A DNA stretch of 64,000 nucleotides from Eledone cirrhosa (GCA_964016885.1 OZ024752.1:2232001-2296000); one strand, 5' to 3'; counted from the first letter of the stretch, positions 29,678 through 44,509 are shown. Notes: generated by a model not told the origin, from the letters alone. Translations and numbers: made by a program.

Positions 29678-29829
29678 ATTTTATACATTTACAAACATAT
29701 CTTTGAAATACCAAAGGAAGCAAAGTGTTATACATATGTCTCTTTCTCTCTCTCTCTCTCTGTATATATATGTATGTATTTGTAATGTTTTTATATATAT
29801 AAGTATATATATATATACATATGGACTTA

Positions 29830-30128
29830 TTAGAAAGTGAGGTTATTTTTAGAAAATGTCCTACACGAGTGAAATTATAAGAAAAAAGATGAAATCGAAA
29901 ATGTAACTGGAGTCTTTTTATTAAATAATATATTTATTTGGTTCCTTTATCGGTTTCGCAGTTCTTGAGCTTTTCAAAAGTAGAATTGAGATGGAGGGTT
30001 TGTGGTTTTTCACAAATCCTCCATCTCAATTCTACTTTTGAAAAGCACTGCAAAACTGTTAAGGAACCAAATAAATATATTTAAAAAAGAAAAGTCTCCA
30101 GTTGCATTTTTGATTCCATCTTTTTTTC
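29830..30128. mobile_element. Family D fold-back element, second copy (HHR-like motif 29945-29980 minus)
   Basis: Inverted repeat 29881-30128 homologous to 13937-14220. Minus strand: ctt-ttgaaaa-gctcaagaactgc-gaaa-ccga-ta-aag. Confidence 0.7.
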
Positions 30129-30134
30129 CTCATA

Positions 30135-31215
<1,081 letters not shown>

Positions 31216-31373
31216 ATTAGTAAATTTGTATTCCAATGATACTAAGTAGTTGCATTGGATGGGGTCAACTGACGTAAGAGATTGCTCAACGTATAATAAA
31301 GTGTGTTTTGAAATCCGGAGAAAATATGGAGAAGAAGTTTACGAAATGGAAATGCGGGTATACAGAATTTATT

Positions 31374-31490
31374 AGGTAACAATTGTTTCTATAGTGTATG
31401 GGTTACCTCTACCTCGCTATTTGAATAATATAAAAATATTATCATAAACCGAAGGTACACTGTAAGCAAACAAACCATGTCATCAGACCT
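31374..31490 (-). ncRNA. Type I HHR with ~90 nt stem II (inverted pLTR)
   Basis: Reverse complement of 33178-33294 with a few substitutions; core intact. Confidence 0.7.
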
Positions 31491-33177
31491 TTGTATTAGA
31501 ATGATATTTACGGACCTCCACGGCGGAATATACCGCGACGATACACTTCTATTAGTGAAGAATATGAACAAACAGAACCTAGAAAGGCGACGTAAAAACA
31601 TTAGGAAACTTTTCTCAGAACTAGGGCTTAATATTACCTTCGAACACAATCTTAAGGTGGTCAACTTCTTGGATGTCACCTTCAACCTTAATAACGGTAA
31701 TATTGAGCCATTTCACAAACTTAATGAAAATCTCAAGTACGTTAATGTAAAATCGAACCACCCTCATTCCATTATTAAATCTATCCTTAAAAATATATCC
31801 ATAAGGATCTCCCGACTGTCGTCTAATTTGCAGACCTTCAACGAGCATGCTGAATATTATAATGACGCACTTAGAAAAGCTGGTTACCGCGAGAAAATAG
31901 AATATCTAGACGATAACCACATAAGTACTATGAATAAAACACATCTAAGTCGAACTAGTATTGCACCACACACACACACATCAATAGGCATACTAGTAGG
32001 TGCAAACCAGCAAATAGAGTCAGACGTAGAGAGTACATATGGTATAACCCCGTGTACAATTCTTCTATTAGCTCTAAGATTATCTCACAATTCTATACAC
32101 TAATCAATAAACACCTTTACAACTTCACATAAATACTATAACATCTTTAACTCGCGCACCATTAGACTCTCATACTCCACTGCACCTAACATAGAACAAC
32201 TAATTAAAAAACTCAACTCAGCAATACTGAATAAGTACATCCCTAATGACTCAGCGCACCAGCATAGCAACATACAACGCACCAACACGCAACCACAACC
32301 CCACCAAACTATCCAGGATTCTACTGCAAAACATAAAAATAATTGTAACTGCACCAAACCAGGTACGTGCCCACTGAATAACCAGTGCCTAGCACGCAAT
32401 ATTGTCTACCGATGTACAATAAATTCCGGAACCAACAAATGGTATTACGTCGGATGTACCGCAACTTCTTTCAAGGCTCGCCTATACCAACATCAATCTT
32501 CGATCAGGCACGAGAAAATGCGCTCCGTAACAACCCTCGCCGATAAAGCCTGGCAGCTTCGGAGGAACAATCAAGCGTTCTCCCTTGATTGGCAAATCAT
32601 TACAGCTGCGCCTGCATATCAGCAAAATCATCGATTCTGCAAGTTATGCAATTTAGAGATATACTGCAGTTTAACGTCGGTAAACAAACTTTTGAACAGC
32701 AAAATTGAACGTTCTCTATACTGTAACCATCGTTTGAAAACGACTTTTTCTTTTTTAAATGCATATAATGTTACATTTTACACCACCGTTTGCAAATTTC
32801 TGTTTTATATGTTTATACACAGGATATGGCTTTCTATAATAATAGTACTAAACACTGTTTTTCTGGACCCCTTTAGAAATAACCTGCTACTATAATAGCC
32901 CTAATAACCTGTCTGTGACACTGTACCACTTTGACCCCTTTAACTAAATTTTGTCCGAACAACACCACTAGAAGAATTTACTTCCCCGCCAACCCTAACG
33001 CGCCTCATTAAGCTAACTGCTGCCAAAACATTCTCTCCTCGCAATCTCTACTAGTCTGACAGTCTTAAATCCTAAGACTCCCTCCACCTTACTCGCTTCC
33101 CTCTTCCCCTCCTCTTCCTACATCCTCCTTTATCTTTTATCTAGTGTATAAAATATTTTCATATCATTCTAATACAA

Positions 33178-33294
33178 AGGTCTGATGACATGGTGTGTTT
33201 GCTTACAGTGTACCTTCGGTTTATGATAATATTTTTATATTATTAAAATAGCGAGGTATAGGTAAACCATACACTATAGAAACAATTGTTACCT
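33178..33294 (+). ncRNA. Type I HHR with ~90 nt stem II (3' pLTR)
   Basis: aggt-ctgatga-c-atggtgtgt...taccttcg..ataatat-tttt-atattat..cgaggta...atacactat-a-gaaa-caattg-tt-acct-aataaa. Confidence 0.75.
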
Positions 33295-33339
33295 AATAAA
33301 TTCTGTATACCCGCATTTCCATTTCGTAAACTTCTTCTC

Positions 33340-33945
<606 letters not shown>

Positions 33946-33950
<5 letters not shown>

Positions 33951-34364
33951 AAGAACACAAGAGCGTCTACAACATCAACAGATTGTTATTGGCTAACAAT
34001 GTTTCTTCCTCACGTGTATGAATATGACCACAGCTAGTAAACAAGGACCAACACCCCACCCTCCCGCACTAAAATTAGACTTATCGTCCCCTACTTTTTG
34101 CTCTTTACTCTCTTTACTCTTTGTTCTTGGGTGTTTGGTTGGTAGAGACTATAACACCAATCAAACCCCTTTTATAGCTCTGATGAATCCTACGGTTACA
34201 CGTAAGGAAGAAACATTGTTAGCCAATAAAATCTTTTGATGTTGTAGACGCTCTTGTGTTCTTTTTCATATATACGGCTCTGCTCCAAAGCATAGAGCTA
34301 ATTATTATGCTGCCAATACCTTAACGGGACACGGGTATATAATACCTAACTCCTACTAACCTAA

Positions 34365-34365
<1 letters not shown>
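33946..34365 (+). mobile_element. Family J non-coding mini-element with 5' inverted partial pLTR; HHR at 34177-34223
   Basis: 33946-34017 is the reverse complement of ~34197-34270. HHR: gct-ctgatga-a-tcctacg-gttaca-cgtaagga-a-gaaa-cattg-tt-agc, then caataaa. Confidence 0.75.
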
Positions 34366-34416
<51 letters not shown>

Positions 34417-34435
34417 ATATATATATGTATATATA

Positions 34436-34630
34436 TTGGTAATTCAACAAATATGTAAGTTTATAAATGGTTCTAAGCACTCGACAAGATTTTCGGGAGT
34501 ATAATATGAATGATATTAAATAAGTTGAAACTATATATAATATATATAAAACCATATTTATTCTATTATATATATTTCAAGGGTACCAAAACTTTGTAGT
34601 TTATCTTATGAAGGCGTACCAAGATTTGTT
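34436..34630 (-). mobile_element. Family C fragment
   Basis: Homologous to 48453-48600 (aaaaccatatttattctattatatatatttcaagggtaccaa). Confidence 0.65.
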
Positions 34631-35729
34631 TCATACAATATATTTCCAAATATACATCGCTATTTCAGAGCACCAATCCTAATGTTCATATATATATATA
34701 TATATACGGTGATGAATTTGTTTTGCAAGGTCTTTGATATGAAATCATGTGTTGAAACAAATATTGTTATATTTTGGTATGGTTATATTTTTATATTATT
34801 ACCAGAAATAATGATAAAACACACACACTGTTTCGTTTTGATTGGTTTTTGTTTCTGAATATTTAATAACCTTATCTTTAATTTAGCTGGCAATCAATGT
34901 GTATCATTGATTGAATAGTGGTTAAGAATATAGATATACATATGTATTTATAGTCTATCAAAGTTCTTTCATCACATACCTGTGACATCATCAATTGTAC
35001 TATCATGTTTTCCCCCGTTGTATTGTAAGGTCTATTCCATTATTTATTTATTTATTTATGGTTGTCTCTGTGTGCGCATGCGTTTGTGTGTGTGTTTTCT
35101 GTTTGTTGTGTGTTTCTGTCTGAGTCTATGTGTGTTTGTATTCTATCTTTGCTCACTAGTATGTGTTTATGTGTGATTGTTGTTATTGTACCTGTGTATA
35201 TTTATTTATATTTATCTTAGGTTAGTATTGCGTGTTTTGTATGATGTTGTTGTTATTCCATTCACTCTTTCTGTTCAACTTCTTAGCTAAGAAAGAGACA
35301 TTTAAAATTTAAAGTGGTAGAAAAGCCAGTAACTAACATGAAATCCCTGATCAGCAGAACTTACCACTTTAAGAAAGTCCCGCTGTACTAATAGGAAATG
35401 TACTATATGTACAATAAATCCACAAATAAATTGTAAAACTAGAAATGTGGTCTATAGCATAATATGTACACAGGGTAGTTGCAGAAACATAACAGCGATA
35501 TACATAAGTGAGACAGCTCGGAGCATAGGGGAGACCAACACTGGTGAGAACTAAAAGGACAAAAAGGCGGTTCGGTACAATATGAACTTCCCAGACAAAG
35601 AGATGATGGTAATATAGACAGATAAGAAATTGAAATAATATCTAAACATAGAAATGACACATGTAGGAACAGTTGAACAGAAAGCAATGAATGGAATAAC
35701 AACAATGAAAACCATACACAAACACACAA

Positions 35730-36245
35730 TAGCTCAACTTATAATAGAATAGAATTAGGTTTTAGCGTCATGCATAGCTTCTGCAGGACACCACCAGAGG
35801 GAGATATCCCCGGTGTTTTGCATAGCCACGTCTTTCCAAATGTTTATCTATAAACATACAGTATTTCTTTAGAAATGCGAACTTTCAATATATATCTGTA
35901 TACAGTTATGCATGAAGCTAAATCCTAATTCTATTTTAAGCTGAGCTAACTTATAGAGCTTCATATGCAAATAAGATTAATTACCTTATTTACACAGGTG
36001 AGAAAACCATATATTATTCCTTGTTTTCAATTCCAGCAGTCGCAATAGTAGGAGGGATCATCCTGATGAGTACCTGTTAAATTCGAAATGCATCGACGAT
36101 TGTGTCCCTCGTTTTTGCTGGATTCCACCAAGGTGTGGTAGTCCTGGTGTTTTGCATAGCTCCGGGTTACTACAAGTTTATCCATAAACATACCGTATTT
36201 ATTCTTTTTAGAAATACGAAATTTCAATACATATCTATATATGTA
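35730..36245 (+). mobile_element. Family H non-coding element (5' inversion plus ~340 bp tandem unit), decayed HHR at 36057-36100
   Basis: 35790-35900 repeats at 36125-36240. 35730-35776 is inverted relative to 35907-35948. HHR-like: atcatc-ctgatga-gtacctgttaaattc-gaaa-tgca-tc-gacgat. Confidence 0.55.
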
Positions 36246-36359
36246 TTACAATTATAACCATGTTAAACTAGCAAGTTCAATTTTTTGACATAATGCTGGA
36301 TACCTGCGATGGTAGAGTGTAAATATAATAATGGGTTAAGAATCGACTGTATGGATATA

Positions 36360-36972
36360 TGTATACATTGATACTTGGTGCTACTGGTAACATGTATTCC
36401 AGTACAACCTGTCCCATGGTCGGGTCGTTGGCGACTAAACTGGCAACCCCACTAAGGTTTCTTGGTGAGGAGGGTGACTTTGGACATCCTGCAGGACTAA
36501 AAACAAAACCTGTCAAAAGGCAAAGGAGCTCTTAAGATTCAATGGCCATCCACAATCACCGGGAGAGATGACCCCTTAGCCTTTGTCAAGGCAGAATTCT
36601 AGGAGAAGGAAAACTCTAATATAACACCTGCAACTCTGATGGTATCCAATGATGTTGACTTGTTCTTCTTTTGGGTAAATATCATCTTGGTTAAGAGAGT
36701 GGGACTGGCTTTGTGCAGTGCCTTTGCTCACTATAAAAGCTTCACGGCACAGGCATTGCTTTATATCTGGAGATATCTCTGCATTTGTCGTCACATGGTA
36801 CCATGGGCCTAGCACTATGTGTCAATAATTGTCACAAGTGTAGTGTTTGTACCAGAGTTTTCAAGTCGCTGGCTGGACTAAATTCACATTCGTTCAGCGC
36901 ATCGGTAGGAGTTCTCCTACATGGATATAAAGTAGTGGCCGTACACGAAAACGAGTTGGCAGCCACCATAAA
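36360..36972 (+). mobile_element. RTE-related fragments (5' UTR-like block and C2H2-like 3' end)
   Basis: tctaggagaaggaaaactct resembles RTE 5' UTRs. HKCSVCTRVFKSLAGLNSH resembles the RTE/BovB C-terminal zinc motif. Confidence 0.45.
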
Positions 36973-37884
36973 TTGATAACTGTATGACGAAAATCGTTTT
37001 TTATCTACATAATTATAGAAAGGACGTGCATGCAAGTGAGTACATATGTTACATTTTTATTTTCCATTTCATTACTACTTTAGCTGTTTCTTGTTGAAAC
37101 GATTTGTTGGTTCTAAGGTTGGATGATTTGAGGAATGTTTGTTGATAGAGGAAAAACGATGCTTCTCTATTACAATGAGAGAAACAAACAAGAAGGAAAA
37201 ACACCTGATTTTTTAATTATTTATTTTCGATTATTAAATGCAGTGAAACCATGTAGCACCTAATAACACGATGGGAATAGTTAGAAGTTTGAAATAACAA
37301 AGAGCTGAGATCTGCTGTGAATTGTAATGTAGATTGAATGACAAGGCAGAGGCATGTGGCTTGAAAGTTGAAATATCATTGATGCCACAGCGATTTACTA
37401 CCAAGGATATCATAACTTGAATGTGCCACCACCCTATATATCCTTGATCACCATAGTAGAAATCTCTTTCGATTGTCTGCAACGGAGCTGATTGAGAGGG
37501 GTGAGAATACCTAAATGAACCTACGTTTGACGATAACCATTTCCGACGATGATATCAGTGCCATTAGGGCCTACATTCTTCTCAGTAGATTTAACCCGTG
37601 CATGCGTGTGTGAGTGAATGGGCGTGAGTGTGTATACATGCATATATACACCATGGTTTCAATCTCTGCTAAGAGCATTGCAATCGCCTGTCAGATTGGT
37701 GCACTTTTAGGCCACAACCAACCACATGAACCTGTAACATAACCTGAACAAGCTATGACTGTGCTTTGAAGGATTTCTAAGTGAGGAAAGGCCTTGCACT
37801 CGACCAATTCCACTCTCTGAGCATCGAAAACAGTACCCGAAAAGGAGAACTGGTCAACAATTAAGTATATATATATATGGCCAA

Positions 37885-40140
37885 CACATTTTACGTCCGC
37901 TTTTCCTTGCTTGCAAGGGTGGAACGGGTCCTTTTCGGCACAGCATTTCTCCATGTTCCTTCGTAATTTCCTATGTGAGCTTCATCAATCTGAGATCAGC
38001 CACTCACCACATCCGCCCATGATATTCGAGTTCTTCCTCTACTGTGTCTTCCTTCCACTGGGATTTCCTGGCATGTATTTACCCAACGGTCATCCTCCCT
38101 GTGCGTCACATATCCATAGCAACACAGTCTTCTCTCCCGTACACTACAGATTAACTCTCTTATACACAGTTTCCCTCTCAACTCTTCTATGCTTGGTCGT
38201 TCACGTACATCATTGACATTGCACATCCATCGGAGCATGCTTGCTTCATTTCACTCCAGCCGTCTCATATCCTCCGCATTTGCTGCCCATGTCTCACTAC
38301 CATGCAGCATCGCGCCTCTCACACAGGCTTCATATAACCGGCCTTTCAATCGTAGGGACAAAACCTTCTTTTTTAAGAGAGGAAGCAGCTCCCTAAACTT
38401 CTTCCAGCCTGTCGTTATTATAGATAATATAGCCTCGGAGCACCCTCCTCCCTGGCTAATCTGATCACCTCGGTATCAGACGCTATTAAGCACCTCTATA
38501 GATCGTACCCGCATTTGTAAAATGTGTCTGTCACTGCCACTTCTACTATTAAATGTCCCTGAAAATCTACTGCATATGTAGTTTTACCTACCTGTCAGTT
38601 TGCCTGTTATCCCACTAGACATCTTGTCTACCCAAGATTGTGTACATTCTATAGAATTTATGCCAACTCCTTTTCTACATATCTAACATGGCCATTTCCC
38701 TGATGGAATCAGAGTTTTGTCCTCTTTCCTAATTATCAACACTTTAGCCTTAGCTAGGTTCACTCACAGTCCTCTTGATTCCAACTGCTGTTTCTATAGC
38801 CAGAACTTATTCTCTAACTCCTCTACTGATTCTGCTATAAGTACCAGACCGTCAGAATAGAGACGTTCTCATGGGCATCCGGTCTTAAACCACTATGCTA
38901 TGGCTTGGAAAACTATAATGAATAAGAGTGGGAGATGAGGACCGAACATTGATGTACTCCTACTTGTATCTGTAATTCCTCACTTAACTCCATTCCTACT
39001 CTCACTTTACTGACAGCACCTCTGTACATAGTCTGCAATGTCCTCAGAAGCAATTCCTCTACATCTAGTTTCTTTAGGTGCCATCAGATGACAGATCGGG
39101 GTATTCTATCAAAGGCCTTCTCTAGGTCAAGGAAAGCTATGTACACTAACAAGAAGACATCTGTTGTAGTTTTCCCAGGCACAAAACGAAACTGCATCTC
39201 ATCTAATTTGACCCTTTCTCTAATTAGAGACTGAACCATCAGTTTTATGCCCCTATAATTGCTCCTCTCTAGAGCATCCTCCTTATCTTTGTAGCAATTT
39301 ATATGAATACCGCTGCTCCAGTCTTTAGGCATGACTGCGCCATATATAGCTTGATTGACTAAGCGTGCAACTACTTTAGTTCCTACTTCTCTTGATGGAT
39401 TTTGCATCTCGGCAACTATCCCTGGCGACCCACTTTTCATTTCCTTAATTGCTCCTTTTACCCTATAGTCGTCAATGTCAATAGCTGGTCCCTCTGTTGG
39501 GACTACTGGGGGTAGTTTATCTCTCTTCCATCCATTCTCAACATTCATCAGTCTCTCATAATGACATCTCCAGGCCTCCGTTTTCTGAGCATCAGTTACA
39601 CTAAGGGACCCAGCATCATTTCGGACACACTTATCTCCAACAACATCCTAATTTACACTGACACACTGCCTTGCAATGCAGAACACAGCACGTCTCTGAT
39701 CTTCTCGTCGAAGAACATTGGCAAACCTCATTGGCAATGTCTCAGACTCCCTGAGGGCTAAGTATCCCCGAAGTCTAGGCATTCCTTTAGCTGCTGTGTA
39801 TCGGTCTCAACTCTCACCATTTCCCCAAGCCTTCCATGCTAGTCTTTTATCTTTAATGTCTCTATCTAACGTGCTGTTTTACCACCATGTCAACCTCTGT
39901 CTGTTTGGAGCTCTGCTCGAGTCACAAGTCTCTTTATTAGCCTTTAGTAAGTTATCACGTAAGACCTTCCAGTTATCATCTATGTCATACGATTCTAATC
40001 CATCTTCAAGGTCTTTCCAAAATTTATATTTTAAGGAAAGGTCTTTTAGTTTCCAGACCTTCCTTTTCCACACCTTCCTGTGTTTCTCATTCTGTCTCTT
40101 GATTATTGAGATATCGCTAACGACTAGCCTATGTTGGGGG
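37885..40140 (-). mobile_element. RTE-clade LINE, 5' truncated and decayed
   Basis: Minus strand: RKVWKLKD, SNYRGIKLM, QFRFVPGKTTTD, AFLDLEKAFDRIPR, MLRWMCNV, ERRLCCYGYVTHRE, GRTRISW. Tail gcggacgtaaaatg. Confidence 0.92.
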
Positions 40141-40142
40141 TA

Positions 40143-40830
40143 ATATATATGACTGTACGTATAGTGTATTTAATAATATGCTGTATGTTTATTTAAAAAC
40201 AATTTGAAGACTATTTGCATGAATTTTATAGTCTCAGCAAAAGCGAAGGGGTGTAATCGATAGAATACCCGTTCCTCGCTTATAAGTGGTTGTCAAGACC
40301 ACTCACCCCTTCGCTTCTGCCGAGTTATAGAAGCTGGATTCTTATATAACTCCAGTAATGTTTAATAGCTGTTTAAACTCATTAACATACAGAGTAGTTG
40401 ACGGCCCCGCAAAAATGAGAAATTAGAATTGGGGAGCTGAAACAGCGAGAGCATGTATGTGTCGTAGTCACTATTTTTAAATGTATAGTGACTGGTCTTC
40501 AAAATGTTTTAAAATAAACATAGAGTATATTATCAAATATATATTTCTAATTTTTGTTAGGCCGGCGACCGCTCTGTATGTTTAACAGCTTTAAAACATT
40601 CAAAAACGTTACTGGAATTCTATAAGAATCAAGCTGCTGTAGCTCTCGGCAGAAGCGAAAGGGTATGTAGTCTTGACAACCCCTTATAAGCGATTACTCC
40701 CCTTCGGTTTCTCAGGGACTAATTATCTGGCGTAGTCACTACTCTAATATTCATAGCGAATGGTCTACAAAATGTTTTTAAATAAACATAGAGTATATTA
40801 ACAAATATGCTATACGTACAATCATATATA
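40143..40830. mobile_element. Non-coding fold-back element (~280 bp arms) with internal ~268 bp tandem periodicity
   Basis: Left and right arms are reverse complements. cgtagtcacta occurs at 40463 and 40731 with matching downstream blocks. Confidence 0.7.
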
Positions 40831-40872
40831 CATTGCTATTTCAGAGAAGCAATACTAATATATATATATATA

Positions 40873-40989
<117 letters not shown>

Positions 40990-41457
40990 GACAAACGAGA
41001 CTGTTTTGCCGAACATTTGAGGGACATACGACTCGGTTTGGAAACTCCTGTCGCCCGTCATTTCTGTTCTCCTGGTCATTCTTCTCTACATGCATCATTC
41101 CTGGGTGTCCTTTTACATCATGGGTCTCAGGCCTCGCTCACCAGGACTGAAAACAGTCTGATTTACCACCTTGGATCCTATTCCCCTCTTGGATTCAACT
41201 CACCTCCCTAATTCCTCTAATACCCCGTCCATCATCACAACCTAGATTCCTATCGCTTTCTCTTGATCATTAACATGTTCAACTAATACAGGCCGACTAT
41301 ATAGGCTCACTCCACGTTTCCCTTCACTGCTCTGTATACACACATACACACCTTTATATTAACATACTTTTGCTCATAGCTTCGTATCGACATAAACACA
41401 CTCTGTTACTCACATATACACACACATTACTTCTTAGCTTCGTACGGAAGTATAACA

Positions 41458-41616
<159 letters not shown>

Positions 41617-41844
41617 TGCTTAGGCACGTGCACAAGTATAGCTCTTTTTACAAAACGGCTTTTTTCCATTTCAGGTAGACGCGCTCCATCATCCATTTTT
41701 CTAAAAAATAAATCATTCACAGAACGCCAGGACTAATAGTTTTGCAAGAGATGTAAACATGAATGGACCTGTTATTTTTATCTGAAGACATGTTTTACAA
41801 TTCCAACCCACCCGTCCCCTCAATCTATCATATTTCGTATTATT

Positions 41845-41880
41845 TCTTCTGATGAAGGACTAGCGTCCGAAACATTAAGA
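41845..41880 (+). ncRNA. Minimal type I HHR (stem III essentially absent)
   Basis: tctt-ctgatga-a-ggac-tagc-gtcc-gaaa-ca-tt-aaga; probably gaaacgtt before CpG decay. Confidence 0.7.
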
Positions 41881-41971
41881 CACACTTCCTGCTATATCCA
41901 ACATTAACCTAATATATTCCGTCCATATACTGTACCGATTGTGTTGTTATTTCTGTTTACCTTTTACATAT

Positions 41972-42087
41972 ATAGGAAAATGTATGACCCCGACGGCAGA
42001 GCTCAAGCCGTTTCGGCGGCTATTTCCGTCCAGAAACAGCCGTCGAAACGGCATGAGCTCTGCTGTCGAGGTCATACATTTTCCTAT
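41972..42087. mobile_element. Family E fold-back built from the 3' half of an HHR-like motif
   Basis: 116 bp hairpin. Arm: agccgtc-gaaa-cggc-atgagctct-gctg-tc-gaggt. Single-arm copies at 49123-49182 and 53286-53348. Confidence 0.6.
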
Positions 42088-42163
42088 TACCAACTCTACT
42101 ACCCTAAGTATTGAGTATTCTGGTGCGTTATGGTCCATCTGGTTCCTTACCACAATTCCTTTG

Positions 42164-42207
<44 letters not shown>

Positions 42208-42211
<4 letters not shown>

Positions 42212-42937
42212 GTAAGTCCAAAGAATCACAAGATAAAATATATTCAGTTATTTCCTCTCCCAATCCGTATAAATTAACCACACAAAAAATCATTTAAACG
42301 AGGCTATAAGATTAAGATGTACTTATGAAGAAATAATAAACAAACGATAAAGATTCTTTTCCACGATGTACAACCATATGACATTTACCTAGTATTTCTC
42401 TTAGTCTGTAGAAATTGACTACACAAATAGTTAACTACACGGAATTAGGTACAACATTGAAGTTAGAAGAAAACATGCACATAAATATTACCAAAATTCT
42501 CATCGTCTCTACCAACCGGTAGTTTCGTTCCACTTTTTGGATATATCCAGTCTTGGATAAATCCACGAGGCTCGAAACTCATCAGGAGATAGCTCAGACT
42601 GGATTAAGATTCTTCTACCATGATCCCCGCCAGAAATGAATTCAAAATGGCTAAGAAACATCACGTGGCCAGTGGTCAAGGCAGAAAGTTTGTGATTGGT
42701 GTCTGTCGGCGAGTAGGCTGATTGCTAGAAAGTGCAGCCGAATACTGCCTAAAGTCTTACTCAAACTTACGGGAGTATATATTAAATTCAAAGGGTATAT
42801 ATATATATAAATTAGACAAAGTCACAGAGATACATATATGCGTTTGGCAACCATTCACGGTATGGCTCAATGAAGAATTAATTAAATAATTATTTATCAG
42901 AGCAACTTATAAAAATGTAAGTCCAAAGAATAATTAG

Positions 42938-42940
<3 letters not shown>
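42208..42940 (-). mobile_element. Family A element, one ~705 bp unit with terminal redundancy; HHR at 42506-42589
   Basis: aaatgtaagtccaaagaat at 42208 and 42913. Minus strand: tctc-ctgatga-gtttc...ggaac-gaaa-ctaccggttgg-ta-gaga. Confidence 0.8.
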
Positions 42941-43009
<69 letters not shown>

Positions 43010-44509
43010 TAGATAGATATATAGATATATATGCACATTCAAAGCCAAACATTTAATTGCAATACATTGCGACGTTCAGAGATTTGGTGAGCCTCTTTTT
43101 AAATTCGATTCATTTTTTCTATATCAGAAATTTTGTTTTCCAGCAATATTTCGTAAATATAGAATATATTTATGTATCGTTTGATTTATATATATATATT
43201 TTTTTTATATTTTCGAAAATGTTAAAATTGAAATAAACATGCTGCAAGCTTTTCTATTACCCGGAGCCTAACTCTTTAGCTGCAGTGACAATTAAATTTC
43301 AATTCGTTAAAACGTATATATTAGATATGTATTTTTTTCTATATTTTGCCACAAACAATGTTCTGAGCTATGCAAATAAATTGCTATAATTTCACGTTTA
43401 AATATTTAGTTTCACCCTGCAATACATATTTACCTCACTATTAGCAATATCATCATTATTGCCAAGATTTATGCTAATAATCTGTTCCCTATTTAGGTTA
43501 GGCTTGTGAATATATATATGAGGTGAAACATACACTACAGCAAAATAAAAGATGTGTTTGTGTTTTATTCATCGAAGGGAGCGGTTACAAATATGTTTGG
43601 TGAAAAAAAAAAAAAAACGCAAATATTATGACCATTTCAATTTTGGTAATTTTGTGATGTTCGATAGAAAATTGTAAACAGGATTCTTTTCCTATTGGAT
43701 AACCTAATAGTGGAAAATACACCTTTCTGGAATTAGTGGTAATCTGATCCCTATGATCAGACCTGCTTCTCCAAGAGAAAATTATTTCGTTTTTGTCCCT
43801 GCTCACTCTTCTCTTTAAGTTACTCATATCCTGGCCCAAAGAAGAACAATATCTAAGATGTGAAACGTTATATAATGTAATAATTATTGAGAGCCTGACT
43901 AACTGATAATTGATATATTGATGAAGTTTTAAATTTCCGAGAAGGTCCATAAATCACTTTTAAGGATTAAGCAACTCATTCCTTAACAATTACCATTTAT
44001 TAATCACAAATTCCAAATAATTTCAAAAATTCTATTTATATTTTATTACTTTAAATATATTTTTCATCACTCTTTTCCACTAACTTTTAACATAATGCAG
44101 TGTCTTTTATTTTTAATTGCTTTTTTTCTTGCTGCTTTAAAACTTTATTTTTTTTAGTTTACTGTTATTATTGTTATTTTATTATCAGCCCCAATGGCCA
44201 ATAAAGATATAATTATTGTTATTGTGTTGCGAATTTGCCCTTTACATTTGTATTTTTGAAAAGATAAATATAGAATTTGTGTAAGATAGTGGAACATTGA
44301 AACTAGAGAAGATATAAAAATAGATCTGAAAGTGGTAGAAATAAATTTAGTCGTAAAACGACCTCATAAAATGTCTGAATTAAAAACCAAAAGAAAACGA
44401 AAATTATAACATACCTAAATGGAAGAGAAATAGAATTTGTTATTAAATCAATATGAATAGAAAGAATCGAAAAAAAGTGATGGAAGATAATAGTAATATT
44501 AATAGGAAC

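Larger units (their letters stand above)
31216..33339 (+). mobile_element. 5'-truncated Penelope-like element (probably Hydra-type) with RT C-half, GIY-YIG endonuclease and inverted pLTRs
   Basis: GGIYRDDTL...VVNFLDVTFNL...SNHPHSIIK; CNCTKPGTCPLNNQCLARNIVYRC...YYVGCTATSFKARLYQHQSS...CKLCNLE. 31329-31507 is the reverse complement of 33161-33339. Lies in (TA)n. Confidence 0.92.

Noticed and set aside
43585-43950. 121 aa ORF and a weak hAT-like FVP.AHS motif
   Set aside because: No other transposase motifs and no TIRs.
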